Shown: in pieces, positions 42,501 through 54,245 of the stretch
Layout of the letters: the number at the start of each line of letters is the position of its first letter
How positions within the stretch are numbered: position 1 is the stretch's first letter
NCBI RefSeq assembly: GCF_000143415.4
Contig: NW_003314376.1
Span: forward strand, 404,156 to 468,155
DNA length: 64,000 nucleotides
Reading direction: 5' to 3'
Origin: Selaginella moellendorffii
Taxonomy: Eukaryota; Plantae; Lycopodiophyta
Notes under the pieces: generated by a model
The model's input: the letters and a program-made list of their open reading frames with translations, nothing else
Told to the model about the DNA's origin: nothing
The model's database searches: none
Position numbers and translations under genes: made by a program

Positions 42501-43578
42501 TTAATATTTTTCTAACTATCATATATCTATATCTATATCTATATCTATATTAAAATATATTAAATACCCAAGGTTATCATAGCCTATACTTTAAATATAT
42601 ACTTCTTAAATTTCTCCATTATCTGTTCCTTTTGTTTGGATCTCATGAGCATTTTGGAATATTTGGTACTCTATGAATGAATCAAACTATTCCATCATGA
42701 TTATTCTAAACTCCTTTTTGGTCTGGAGAGCACACTTCTTGGGGTACTTGTGAATAGTTTTTGCTGCATATGACACAAGAATTACTAAAGAAGTAAAATA
42801 AAAATTAGTTACATTTTACTATATATTTACTTCAAGGTTTTCATGTTCTATAGATATACTAGTTAGTTGTGAGTGACTAAGCAAGTTTCTAATCTTAATA
42901 AACTTAATTACATTTAAACTTGCCTCCGTTGGATTAAGCTATTTTATACATAAGACTATAGCTAGCAAAAGTACTTACAGCCAAGTTTTGGTGAACTTAG
43001 TTTTTAATTATATATAGTAGCCAAGTTCAAGTTGTTTTTCATTTGGTTTCCTTTTTGATATCTTTTTCTCTCTTTTTGAATCAACTAAGTTATGGAGAAC
43101 ATAGTTACCAATTACATATGGTATGTTCTCTAATCACACAAGAATTATTTTGATATTATTTAGCCAACACAAGCATAAGAAACAATTTAATTAAGCTCAT
43201 GGTGAACATTTAGAATGAATTTGAAAAGTGATATATTCTTTCAGTGGGATTCAAACATTAGACTTCTAATTAAATTCAATATCTATCAAGATCCGATTTT
43301 GGATCTATATTTACATTACAGTTAGATTCTTAACACCTTATAGAACTCTATACAGTGTTCAACACAATCCATCCATTATTTCTTTTCTTTTATCTTTGTT
43401 TCTTTAGTCTCTTGCTCCTTGACAACAAGCTCCTAATAGATTTACTTACACTATATGAATATGATCTAAGAATACATTGAGAAGGGATAAATTGTGTTGT
43501 TGTTATAGATGCCACATGATAAAATCTAAATATATGGGAAATTTCTTTTATAATTTCTTGTTTTTCTTATAATGCTAG

Positions 43579-43610
43579 TTAGCATTCCCTTAGCCTTTTC
43601 CTTGTTTATA

Positions 43611-43643
<33 letters not shown>

Positions 43644-43698
43644 TATATATATATATATAGACACACACACACACACATTATAAACAAGGGAATGCTAA
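43579..43698. repeat. palindromic compound microsatellite (TG)n-(TA)n-(CA)n with unique inverted flanks
   Basis: ttagcattccc..ccttgtttataat(gt)n ctata..tatag(ac)n attataaacaagggaatgctaa. Confidence 0.9.
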
Positions 43699-44113
43699 TT
43701 GAAACCAGGTGTCAAAAAAATAATTAAAAAAACATACTATGAAAGGATTTGTATATAATTATTGTATAGATCTCACTGCTCAATTTCTTATGATGTAGTT
43801 AGAGGTAGAGGTATCATGGTGCAAAACCCCACAAGCTATCCCCCAAACCTGCACTGGGCTCCAACCAACCATATAAGCATAAGAGTATCACCATGTACCA
43901 TGATATTTCTTCCTGTTATACTCCCTCTTCAACTCAGTAAGAAGACCCCACTTTGTTTGGCCAATAAAACCACCTCCAGCATCCATAATTTTTTATAAAA
44001 TACATAGTCAAGATATGTTACTTATATTAATTAATTATGATCTGTAAAAGTAAATACAGTTTAAGAGCATGTAAAACAATCGGCATTTAAAAAGCAAACA
44101 AGATATAATGGTG

Positions 44114-45136
44114 TCACATTTGGCCTAAGGTCTTGATGTTCCACGGCTCGATGTAGTTCCAGTCGCCCTCCCAGAAGTTCTTGGCCAGGATGGAGTATGC
44201 AAACTCGGTGGGATGAGTGAAATCCCAGAAGAGATACTGGCTGGGATTATCGCACACCCCTTGCGGGTCATGAGTGGCGAGCCAGCCGCCACACTTTCCA
44301 CAGCACGCGTGAGCCGTGTCGTAGAGGCCGTAGGCGGAGGCGTTGGACATGATCTCGGTCATGGCGTTGAAGCCTTTAGCGTAGGAGATTCGCACCCCTG
44401 GAAGCCTCATCACCAGCTCGCGAACCAGCATCTTGAGCGCCAAGTTGAAAGCGCCCGCGATCTCGTTGAAGAGGTTGAAGCAGGAGCCGTGGAGGATCCG
44501 GCGCACCATGGGAGTGCATCCCAGCGGGCCCAAGTTGAAGACCACGATCCGGCGAGCGCCGTTCCGGTAGAGCTGGATCAAGTTCTTGCGGTAGATGCTC
44601 ATCAGCGTGGACAAGAAGTGTCGCCGGTTGGCCGCTGCCTGGAACAAGTTCGCGAAGATGTCGTTGCTCCCGGCGGTGATCATGAAGAGCGAGTTCCGGA
44701 ACATGATGGAGGCGTGGTAGTCGCCGTTTTGCTGCCGCACGACGGTCGAGAGGTACTGGAACTGGTCCATCTGTGCGTCGAGCGAGAGGACCCCGAGCGG
44801 TGCGTCGGTGGCGTTGAGCAGGCCGCTGCCCGCCGACGCAAAGTTTGCACCGTGGATGAAGCTCGCCCCCGGCTGCATGAAGGGTGGAATGTATGGTAGT
44901 CCCAGGAACTCGGCGATGAAGTCCGCTATCAGCCTGCCATCGCTAAACCTTCCTGTTGGCACTCCGAAGGACGTCGTCCCGTAAGGCGTGACGTTGGCCA
45001 CCGCCAGCGAGCCAGGCAGGAAGTTGTTGTTACCGGTGTCGAAGATTGAGTCGCCAAACAGGAAGAGCATTTGCACTTGACTGGCGGAGGCGAGTGTGAG
45101 GACCTGGAGGAAAACCAAAGCTTTCAGGTGAGCCAT
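44114..45136 (-). CDS. GDSL esterase/lipase, intronless, secreted
   Basis: Signal peptide; LFGDSIFDTGNNN; PTGRFSDGR; GANFASAGSG; GSND; YLFWDFTHPTE (catalytic D-x-x-H). Confidence 0.95.
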   Translation of the reverse strand: MAHLKALVFLQVLTLASASQVQMLFLFGDSIFDTGNNNFLPGSLAVANVTPYGTTSFGVPTGRFSDGRLIADFIAEFLGLPYIPPFMQPGASFIHGANFASAGSGLLNATDAPLGVLSLDAQMDQFQYLSTVVRQQNGDYHASIMFRNSLFMITAGSNDIFANLFQAAANRRHFLSTLMSIYRKNLIQLYRNGARRIVVFNLGPLGCTPMVRRILHGSCFNLFNEIAGAFNLALKMLVRELVMRLPGVRISYAKGFNAMTEIMSNASAYGLYDTAHACCGKCGGWLATHDPQGVCDNPSQYLFWDFTHPTEFAYSILAKNFWEGDWNYIEPWNIKTLGQM

Positions 45137-45351
45137 TTTGGATTGGAAATTGTTAGCGGAGAGAACCTGGTAGCAAATTTATACAGGCCATCTCATCCGC
45201 TGCTCCACCATGCTCTTGATTTGCAGCAAGCCACACCAAAAGACCGTCTACGTACTATGTAACAGCATGCAGTCATGCATTCCATCCGCTGTACCTATAT
45301 TACCGCTTGTTAGTGAAAAAACAAGGATTCTCAATGTAACGACATGCCTGA

Positions 45352-47293
45352 TCAATCTCTTCTCGCCATTTTCAAGACTTGGCCTGCCCTGTCCTCCAGT
45401 CTGCTCAAAGCTTGCTGGATATATTCGTTGTGCTCGGCATACATTTGCAGCGCCTCCAAGGCTTCAGCTTGCTCCTGCTCCATTTCCTCTTTATAAGCCT
45501 TGAGCTTTATCTCGTAATCCGCGTTTAGTTTCTGGAGCACACACAGCGTGTTTCATTTTTTCAGAAAAAAAAAAAATTGCTCAGTGATAGATAAGAAACT
45601 CTCACCTTTAGTAGTGATTCCGCGTCATTATATACCTGTCTTAACGTTGTTTGTTTTTCTGCCAAGCTCTTCTCGAATTGAGCTCTTTGAGCGGCTTTCG
45701 AGGCAATGTAGTTATCCAGTCTCTCCTTCCTCCCTTTATATTGTGCCTCAAGCTGCATAACGGGACATCGTTTTAGGAAGAAAATACGATTGCCTCACTC
45801 ACCTTCTTATTCTGAGTGACGAGTGTGGAAACCTCGTCAGATTTTTCTTGGAAGGAAACCTCATCCGCATACAGTTTCTTCTGCATGACAAGGACTTCTT
45901 CCCTCGCATCCCTTGTTGCCTTCTCAATGCTTTCCATGAGACTGGCAACCAGCGGCTTGAACACACCCTTGACGTTAAAACCAAGTATATCTTCGGGTTT
46001 CTCCTCCCTCGAGTTAACTTTCATCTCGAGTTGAACTTGCCGAGCTTCCAATTCTGGATACATATTTTTGAGCCTGCCAAAAAAAAAAAAAAAAAAACAA
46101 ATCACCAAGAGACATAACAAAAAATTTCTTTACCTCGCGCTGCCAGTGTTGTAGGTGATGACGACGTCCTCCACCTCCCTCAGCATGTTCGCAGACTGAA
46201 CTTCCTTGTCCCATGCTTCCTTTTGCAACTCCTGTGCTGCTTTAGAGACTGCATGCAATCGCGTCTCGAGAATTTGGCTTTCTTTGTCCATCTTCTCGAC
46301 GCCAGCGACGCTGAGCTGCTGAGCCCCGATCCGTTGCCGCAAAGCCTCGTTCTCCTCCGCTATGTTGGAAGCCTCCGTCTTCAAAGCCAGCAGATCCTCC
46401 CTCTTCTCCTCCATTTTCTTGAGCGACGCCTCCTTGTGCGACTGAAAGTTGCTGATGATGGTCGTAAACTTTGCGACGTCGTTTAGAAAGTCCGCCTTCT
46501 TCGACTCCAAAACAGCCAAAGGCGATGGCTCACTTGTAAAGGTGTGGAGCTTAGCTTGCAAATCATTCACGGTCTTCTCGAGCTCTTCTGCCTGCTGCAC
46601 CAGCTGGGCCTTTTCTTCCTCAAACTGGACCCGAAAGTCCGCGTCGAGCTTAGCGCACGCCTCATCGTTGCCGCAAAGAAACTCGTTGTAAGCTTGGCTG
46701 AGGTACTCGAAAAAAATCAAATCCCCGCTTCCCTCGTAGCCAAATCCACCACCATTCCCTTCTTTGATCTCCCGAGCCTTCTCCTCGTAAGTCAAGAGAT
46801 TGACGAGCCAGGCTAGAGCGGCCAGCAATCCAGGCCAAGAATGCGGGCTCCCGGCGGCATAGAGGGCACTCTTGCTGATCTGGAAAGGATAGTTGAGACT
46901 CCTGAAGAAGCCCGGGACATCATCTTCGAGCTTGCCAAAGACGATGTGTGGATCCACTTGGCGGAAAAGAAACTCTATGATATCTTTGATCTCCTTACCG
47001 GAGGGCAGCTTGGAGGAAATGGGCGAGTTGAATCCATGGGTCGTGAGGTACTCGATGAGCTCCGCCGTGGCCTCTTTCTGGAAGCTCTTGTCGTTGATGT
47101 TCCTGGGATCCTGTGCCGACGCACCTTTGGAGGAGGAGAAGGCCATGGATTGGCGGCTCAAGCTGGGGCGGTGATGGCCTCCGGGAGGCATCGGGGGGCC
47201 TCCCAAGCTGGGGCGCTTCATGTAGACACCGCTACTCCGCGGCAGCTTGGCTGGGATCGATGACATCCGGCTGTTGGATCCCCTGGAACTCAT
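45352..47293 (-). CDS. NDC80: kinetochore protein NDC80/HEC1, multi-exon
   Basis: Basic Ser-rich N-tail; DPRNINDKSFQ..LNYPFQISKSALYAAGSPHSWPGLLAALAWL (HEC1 CH domain); then a long coiled coil across four exons ending KMARRD*. Confidence 0.92.
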
Positions 47294-47342
47294 GGCAAGA
47301 GCCACTCCAAGCCCTAGAAGAGCCCTAGCAAAATGGAAAAAT

Positions 47343-47358
47343 CGCGGGAAATTCAAAA
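47343..47358 (-). promoter_or_regulatory. composite CHR-like (TTTGAA) + E2F (TTTCCCGC) site upstream of NDC80
   Basis: The minus strand reads TTTTGAATTTCCCGCG ~50 bp upstream of the ATG. Confidence 0.6.
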
Positions 47359-48796
47359 TAAAATAAAATAATTTCTATAATGTTATTTGCAAATATTTTG
47401 GAATAGTTCATTTTCTTAATTTATTAGTAAGTTAAAAAAGTCTTTAGATAATAATTTTATTAAAACTATTGAAACATTATCAATAAAACATTATATATGA
47501 GTGCATAGAAGTTCGACTTCATATCTACATTTAAGTTTTCTTAGTTATAATTTTTTCAAGTAATTTACTATTATTTATAACGATTGTGTAAATTTAATTA
47601 CCAAATATTAAATATAAATATATTCACTGAATGAGGTTTATATTTTAATTTTTTGTGAAATGATGAAAATCAGTATATAATTTAACTTTAAGATTTGTAT
47701 CTTTAAATAATTAAAAAATAAATATTGGACATTATTTTATTTATAATTTTATTACTATATAAGTATGAACTTAGAAATGGAGAAATTGTAAATAATTTTA
47801 TGGTGGTAAAAAATACCAAATTTGAATAAGTGAGGTAATAAATTTTATAAAATTTCAACTTATAAATAAATTTTATTATACTTTGGTATATAATTACATT
47901 CAATGGTTTTTATTTCCATGATAGAAATAATTTAAAATCTGAAATTTTCATTTAATTAATATTTTAATATTACTACAATCAAACATTTTGCAAATGCTAT
48001 AATAAAAGTTTTTCACATGTAAGTAATTGAGTCTTAAACTTATTAATTATTATCTATTCTAAAATACAAATTAAAAAATTTTAAAAATTAAGAAACTTAA
48101 TTGAAAAACCTGATGCAACACATATTTAAGAAACAACAATGCAGTGAGAATAATTTAATAATAGAATATTATTAAATTATTTACTAAATTATTTACTTAT
48201 CTTTAATATAAATTATGAATTTGATTCCTTTTCTTTACAAGAAAAAAAATTAAAACTATTAAAAATATATAAGTTTAAATAATATTAAACTATTTAATAA
48301 TAAATATTTTGTTATTTAACTTATTATTGCAAACTAATTTACATTTATGTCTTTTTTTTTAACTATCTTCACATGTATGTACATAAACAAAACTAAAGAA
48401 TGTTGCCCTCCTTTTACATGTTAGCTAAGACTAATTTATACTAATGTTATGATCATCAACAATGACTTGAGTTGAGGTCTACATAACCTCTCTATACCTC
48501 CTTAAGAATTCCATTTCAAGGTCACTAATTAGTTTCCAAATTTAGTGTCATATCTCTAAACTCTAAAACAATATGGCCAATTAAATTTAGTGGTTTGTGG
48601 AATAGAAGATGATGTGGTCAGGTTGGATAGTGAACTTAGTGAGATTCATAATAATCTTAGATTTTTGCCAATTCCAAATTGTGATGGAGGTATGTGAACT
48701 TGTAATTTAGAATCCTATTTTGTGGCTTTAAGTAGTTTTAAAACTTAGAATATCCAAATTCTTAATATAATCATTCTTCATATCCTCTTATTTCTT

Positions 48797-48965
48797 CTTG
48801 CACATGGAGATAGTTATGGTAAAACTTATGTTCATAATAGCAACTTTGTATCCTCTTGCACTTTTCTATAACATCACCCTTGGATATAGTTATGTTAAAA
48901 CTTATGCTTGTAATAGTATTGTTGAATCCCCTTGCACTCTTCTATAATATTACCCTTTTGATACT
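48797..48965 (+). repeat. ~77-bp tandem repeat, about 2.3 copies
   Basis: atagttatg(g/t)taaaacttatg..taatag..cttgcact(t/c)ttctataa recurs. Confidence 0.7.
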
Positions 48966-51900
48966 TTTGATTATTTATGTAGTTAAGAGTGATTACCTCC
49001 TTTTAAGTGTCTATGGTAAGCAATAATTTATATCCTCCCCTTCCTAACTTTGATTTTTTCCTCTTGAAATACTAATATAGATTTAAGAGTTTCAAAGTTA
49101 ACATATTGACATGGCTTATAGAAAGAGCCTCTACTATTGAGAAGTTGTTATTGATAATAAAAGAACCAAAGTCAATTGAAATATAAAAGGAAAATAAGTG
49201 ATGCATAACTACAAACTTCAAACTAAACCTCATATTGCTTATTCAACAAACGTCTTGGTAGTAGTAATAACTTGTTAGGAGTGATTATTGTATAAACTAC
49301 AAAATACTTACTTCTAAAATTACAATCATAAATTTCAAATATTTATTTATGAGGAGTTTTCCATAACTTTTAATACTTTGAGTTTTCTTATTAAAAATAA
49401 AATTTAACTTGACTGCATAAACTCACCATGGCATTGTCAACACTCTAGCTTAAGAAAATATATGAATTCTTAATTGAGAAAAATGCTAAAGAAGAAGAAT
49501 TTCCTCAAAATTTCAAAAACACAAGAAACTTAAATTTTAACTTGATTTTAAATTTATTGCATTTGGATCCAAAAAGATTATACTAAGCTCAAGCGCACCC
49601 ATACAAAGTTCAAAGGTGCAACATCAATGGGGTGCAATTACTCATAATTGCGCTTTTAATTTCCTAGGGCCTTATTTTCCTAAAGTTTTATTTTCTTTAA
49701 GACACACATTAGTGGAGTTAATGAGCACTACAATTTATCCTTGGAGGGCAAAATTTTTTGGCAATGCTTTACTCTAGTGTTTGGGATCATGCTTTTTGTT
49801 TCTTATTTCTTTATTCCCTTTTAGATCTATATTTGTATTAGCTTTTAGAATTTTAGTTATGCTATGTTTATATTTACTCTTTTTTCTTATTTTCATTGCA
49901 TTCTCTTCCTCTACCATACTATGCCATTATAGATTAAGGAATATGTTACTTGAGGCCATTAATGTTACTTTGTTGAATTAAGTTTTTGGTGTTGTGGGGT
50001 GTGATCATATTGGTGATATACCTATCTTTGGTGTGTTGCCATCTCTAAATTCTATAGAATGTAATTATACAATTTGTTTTGTTCTCAATGTTCTATCATT
50101 TCTCATTGATGTGAAATATGATTGTGATATTGATTGGTGAGTTATGGATGATTTAATCTGATTTTTAGAGAATGTTTAAAGATTGAATTTATAGGAAGAT
50201 AATATTTACGAGATCAAATGAATTCTAGATTGTGATAAGGAATTTGATTATCATAAAGATAGCTTTGGAGATGAGTTAGAAATTTTGCAGGGTAGATTTT
50301 AATCCTTTAATCTGCCATTTGATCTTTTCTCCTTACCTTTTGCTCTTTCTTAATCTTTTTTTATTTTTTGGCCTGAGCCATATTCTCAAGTTTTTAATGT
50401 TTCTTCTTTGTTTGCAATATTTCTTCCCTTAGCACATCATTTCTGATTCTTATAATTCTCATTCTTAATTTTTTGTTGAGTTGGATGTTTTCTATCTTTC
50501 TTATACTAATTTAGATGTTAAGTATATACATGAAGCTAAGAACCTTGCTTTTCTTTGGTAGAGTCTTTAATTAATTTTAATATTAAGTATTCTCCTATTC
50601 CAAAGGTTGATTCACTTTGGCTAGAGTTTCAAGTTGAGTATGTATTCTTAGTTGTGAGTGCTATTAAGAGCTTTTGTTTTATCATTGTTATTGAAATTAT
50701 ATGTTCTTTTGAGAGTATAAATTTTTCTATTGATTTTTTTATTTCAAATGTTGAATTATGTATTGAGGAGGTTGAGCGGTGGGAACCTTTTGTTTATCTT
50801 TTGCTAACCAAAATATTTTATCATAATAAATCCTTTGTTTTTTAAGCTTTGAATATGTTTCTTTTTTTTCTCTCCATTTTTACTTTGACAATTGTTAAAA
50901 ATTCCTTTTCAAATATTTCTTTATCCACTTGTTCTTCCACAATGTTTCTTCCTCTCTTTTTCTTGTTTTCTTTTTTTTCCCTTGATACTTCAAACTTTTT
51001 TTTTTTGGAGGAGGGTGTGGAGGGAATGAATGGAATTCCAATCCCATTAACAGAATAAAGACAAGTAGATACAATAATGAAGCAAGGACAAATAACATAA
51101 ATTGTGGAGTGAGGACGAGATAAATTAGTCCAAACAAAATATTTAGCTTCAACATAATGAAGTTGAATGGATGTAATAATGGAGTGAGGTTAAATATAGA
51201 TAATAAAGTGAAGATGAGTGTAACAAGTTTAAATAGAGTTAATGTTTCAGAATTGTATTTCCCTCAAGTAGGGGATAAAGAGGATATGGAAGACGAATGA
51301 AATAAATCTAACTTCCTATATGCAGGATTGGATGAAAACGATAATTATGAATCTAAGTTAACATGGGTTTCAAATATTGACCAAAGGAAACATATAAAAG
51401 ATTTTTGTACTTATGGTCGTGAGTTTGAATTAATGGTGGTTTTGGAAGATCATATAATAGGAAAACTTAGAGATGTAACATGTTGTTTATTGCAATGGTG
51501 TTTTATAGATTGCAATAGCTTTTAAAGTCCCTTACTTAGGTTCAAAGTTATAACTTTGTGATTGATTTAATCATTTAACAGTTGTATATGGAGTTGTAAT
51601 TGGTTCATTAGAATTCTATAATCAATTGATGCTTGTGCCATGGCTATTTTAATCATAGTTGTCAACAATTTAATTAGTGGTTTTATAGGAGTTTTAGATT
51701 TTTATGATAGTTTATAATCACCCACCAGAAGCTTTAAATGTTCTATCTAACTTATTGTCATCATAAGAATAGTATAGCTTTTATATATATATTACCTAGC
51801 TAGGTACCTAGCTTTTGTATATATATGTATTACCCTAACTAGGTAATACATTAATTATAATACTATAGCATAGTATATAAGAAAGGGTGTAAACCCCAAT

Positions 51901-52305
51901 TAATATACTTATTCCTATATCCAGAGCACTCACAAATATTATAATAATTATTTGTATTTAATCTTCCCACTTAATAAGAGTTTACATTTGCTACAATAAC
52001 TCAAATATGCTATGAATTTTAAGCATCACCATATTTTATTTAAGCTTATACAAGAATAATCAGAGATTTTTATATTTTAACTTTATGAGTTAAAAAGTAA
52101 TTAATAATTTTTTAAACAAATATATAATATAATAATAGAAGATAATATATTAAGAGAACACCTTATCAAACATTTATTAATTATAATTTTTTCTTATAAC
52201 CTTTGAAATTTGTAATAATAATGAAAAAAAATTAAGAACATTTTCACGTCCTAAATTTTAAATACACTATATATTCTGACCAGTTTGAACTACAAATTTT
52301 ATTCT

Positions 52306-54132
52306 TTATGAGTAGAAGTTGGCAAGTAGAGAGTATGGAGAAGCTCTTGTAGGATCTAGCTCTAAAGCTAGCTCTGCAACATTTGCCCCAAATTGCTCAT
52401 TCTTTTTGTGGCTTGAACAGGATCCAAGGAGTGAGGTCCAGTCTATGGTATCTGGATCAAAAGGCATGCTGTAAATTAGATTGTGGGCATCTACCAAGTG
52501 GCCTGCCCGTCCCAGAAGGTCAATTACACAAGTGTAGTGCTGCTTTGTTGGCTCCAAGAAAAAATCAGGCAACATCCTCTGGAAGTACCACCATCCTATT
52601 TTAACATTGCCTTCATGTCCATATCCATTTAGAATGGAGACAAAGGAGATATCATCTGGCATCAATCCATCCATGATCATCTTTTGAAAGAGCCAAACAA
52701 TGTATCTTGAAGAGGTATGAGTAGCAGAAGACTTTGATGGTTTTCTTAACCGCTTTAGCTCCTCATAAGAAGAGCAAGCAGAAAGCATAGCATTCCAGGA
52801 GATTAGATTTCTGTGAGGCAGCCGATCAAACACAGTTTTCGCATTTACCAAATCACCAGAGTGAGTGTATGCTGCAAGAAGGGAGTTCCAGCATGCAGCA
52901 TCTCTTAGTGGCATTTCGTGAAAATATTGCTTGGCAAATTCCAACTTTCCACTGTTTCCATATGCAGCAAGCATCACTGATGAGGAAGCTAAGTCTTGAT
53001 CTGGCACAAAATCTAGCACTGTTCTTGCGTCCTCAAGCAAGCCATGCTGAGAGAAGGCAGTGAGCAAAACGTTCCACGAGACAACATCCCTGTCCGGCAT
53101 TGAAGCAAAGAACATTGTGGCAAATTTCAGCTGGCTGCCATAACAATAAGCAGCCAGCATCGCATTCCATGAAACCAAGTCTTTGCTTGGAATACTATCA
53201 AACAAAGATTTTGCTTTGACGAAGTTTCTCTCTCTCGCGTAGCCACACAAGAGCCCATTAAGAGAGATAATGTCTCGCTCTGGCATGAGACTGAAAATTT
53301 GCTCGGCATGTTTCATATGCCCATGTTGGGCATAGGCAGAAAGCATGACATTCCAAGCAACAATGTTCCAATACGGCATTTCCTTGAACATAGAAACCAT
53401 TTGATCGACCATGCCGCTGCTTGCGTACGCAGCCAGCATGGCTGTAAAAGAAATGGTATCTTTAACAGGCATTGTATCGAAGATCTTCAAAGCGCTGTCA
53501 ACATGCCCATTTTGGGCATATGCACTTAATATTGCAGTCCATGACACGAGATCCCACTCAGGAGCCATATCAAAAATATCTTTAACTCTTTGAATATTTC
53601 CGTATGCACTATAAGATGTTAGCATTGCATTCCAGGAAACCAAATTCTTTTCTTTCATTGATGAAAACAGAGATTCAGTCTCTTCTAAATGCCCATTTTG
53701 GGCATAAGCCACAAGCATCGAAGTCCAGGCCACAACATCCCAAGCAGGGATTTTTTCAAATACGATCTTCGCCTCCTCCAAAAGACCATTCTCCGCAAAC
53801 AAATCCAGCAACGTTGTCCACGACACCAAATTCCTCTTGGGCATCGCATCGAAGATGGCCTTGGCTTCTGCAACGCAGCAGTTTCTGGCATAAGCTCCCA
53901 GTAGTAGATTCCACGAGTAGAAATCCTTTCGATCGATGCTGTCAAACACCTGCCTTGAGCACTCCACACTGCCGAATTTCCCATACATCTGGATAAGAAG
54001 ATTGCACAGAAACACATCCGATCCTAGATCAAGCGACAAGAAAGAGGCGCACCTATGAGAAAATCTTACATCCGAGAGGTTCTTGCTCGATCGTATGACC
54101 TCAACACATTGATCTCGAGTGGCTACTAGCAT
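52306..54132 (-). CDS. PLS-class PPR protein with many short S-type repeats and E domain
   Basis: 608-aa intronless ORF with repeated FxxMPxRDxVSWxxMLxAYAQxG and HYTCVIDLLGRAG..WTSLLGSC..LELDP. Confidence 0.93.
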   Translation of the reverse strand: MLVATRDQCVEVIRSSKNLSDVRFSHRCASFLSLDLGSDVFLCNLLIQMYGKFGSVECSRQVFDSIDRKDFYSWNLLLGAYARNCCVAEAKAIFDAMPKRNLVSWTTLLDLFAENGLLEEAKIVFEKIPAWDVVAWTSMLVAYAQNGHLEETESLFSSMKEKNLVSWNAMLTSYSAYGNIQRVKDIFDMAPEWDLVSWTAILSAYAQNGHVDSALKIFDTMPVKDTISFTAMLAAYASSGMVDQMVSMFKEMPYWNIVAWNVMLSAYAQHGHMKHAEQIFSLMPERDIISLNGLLCGYARERNFVKAKSLFDSIPSKDLVSWNAMLAAYCYGSQLKFATMFFASMPDRDVVSWNVLLTAFSQHGLLEDARTVLDFVPDQDLASSSVMLAAYGNSGKLEFAKQYFHEMPLRDAACWNSLLAAYTHSGDLVNAKTVFDRLPHRNLISWNAMLSACSSYEELKRLRKPSKSSATHTSSRYIVWLFQKMIMDGLMPDDISFVSILNGYGHEGNVKIGWWYFQRMLPDFFLEPTKQHYTCVIDLLGRAGHLVDAHNLIYSMPFDPDTIDWTSLLGSCSSHKKNEQFGANVAELALELDPTRASPYSLLANFYS

Positions 54133-54245
54133 CTTGCAACATTGTTCTAATGGAGCCCTCTTTCAAGAATTCATAAATCAAGCGCGGGAATTTCAAATTA
54201 ATAGGGTTTATTTTTAGGGTTCTTCGCGAGGTCTTGGAAATGTGA
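54133..54245. promoter_or_regulatory. 113-bp divergent intergenic region (putative bidirectional promoter)
   Basis: Lies between two outward-facing PPR ATGs. Contains cgcgggaatttcaaa and two TAGGGTT telo-box-like motifs. Confidence 0.55.
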
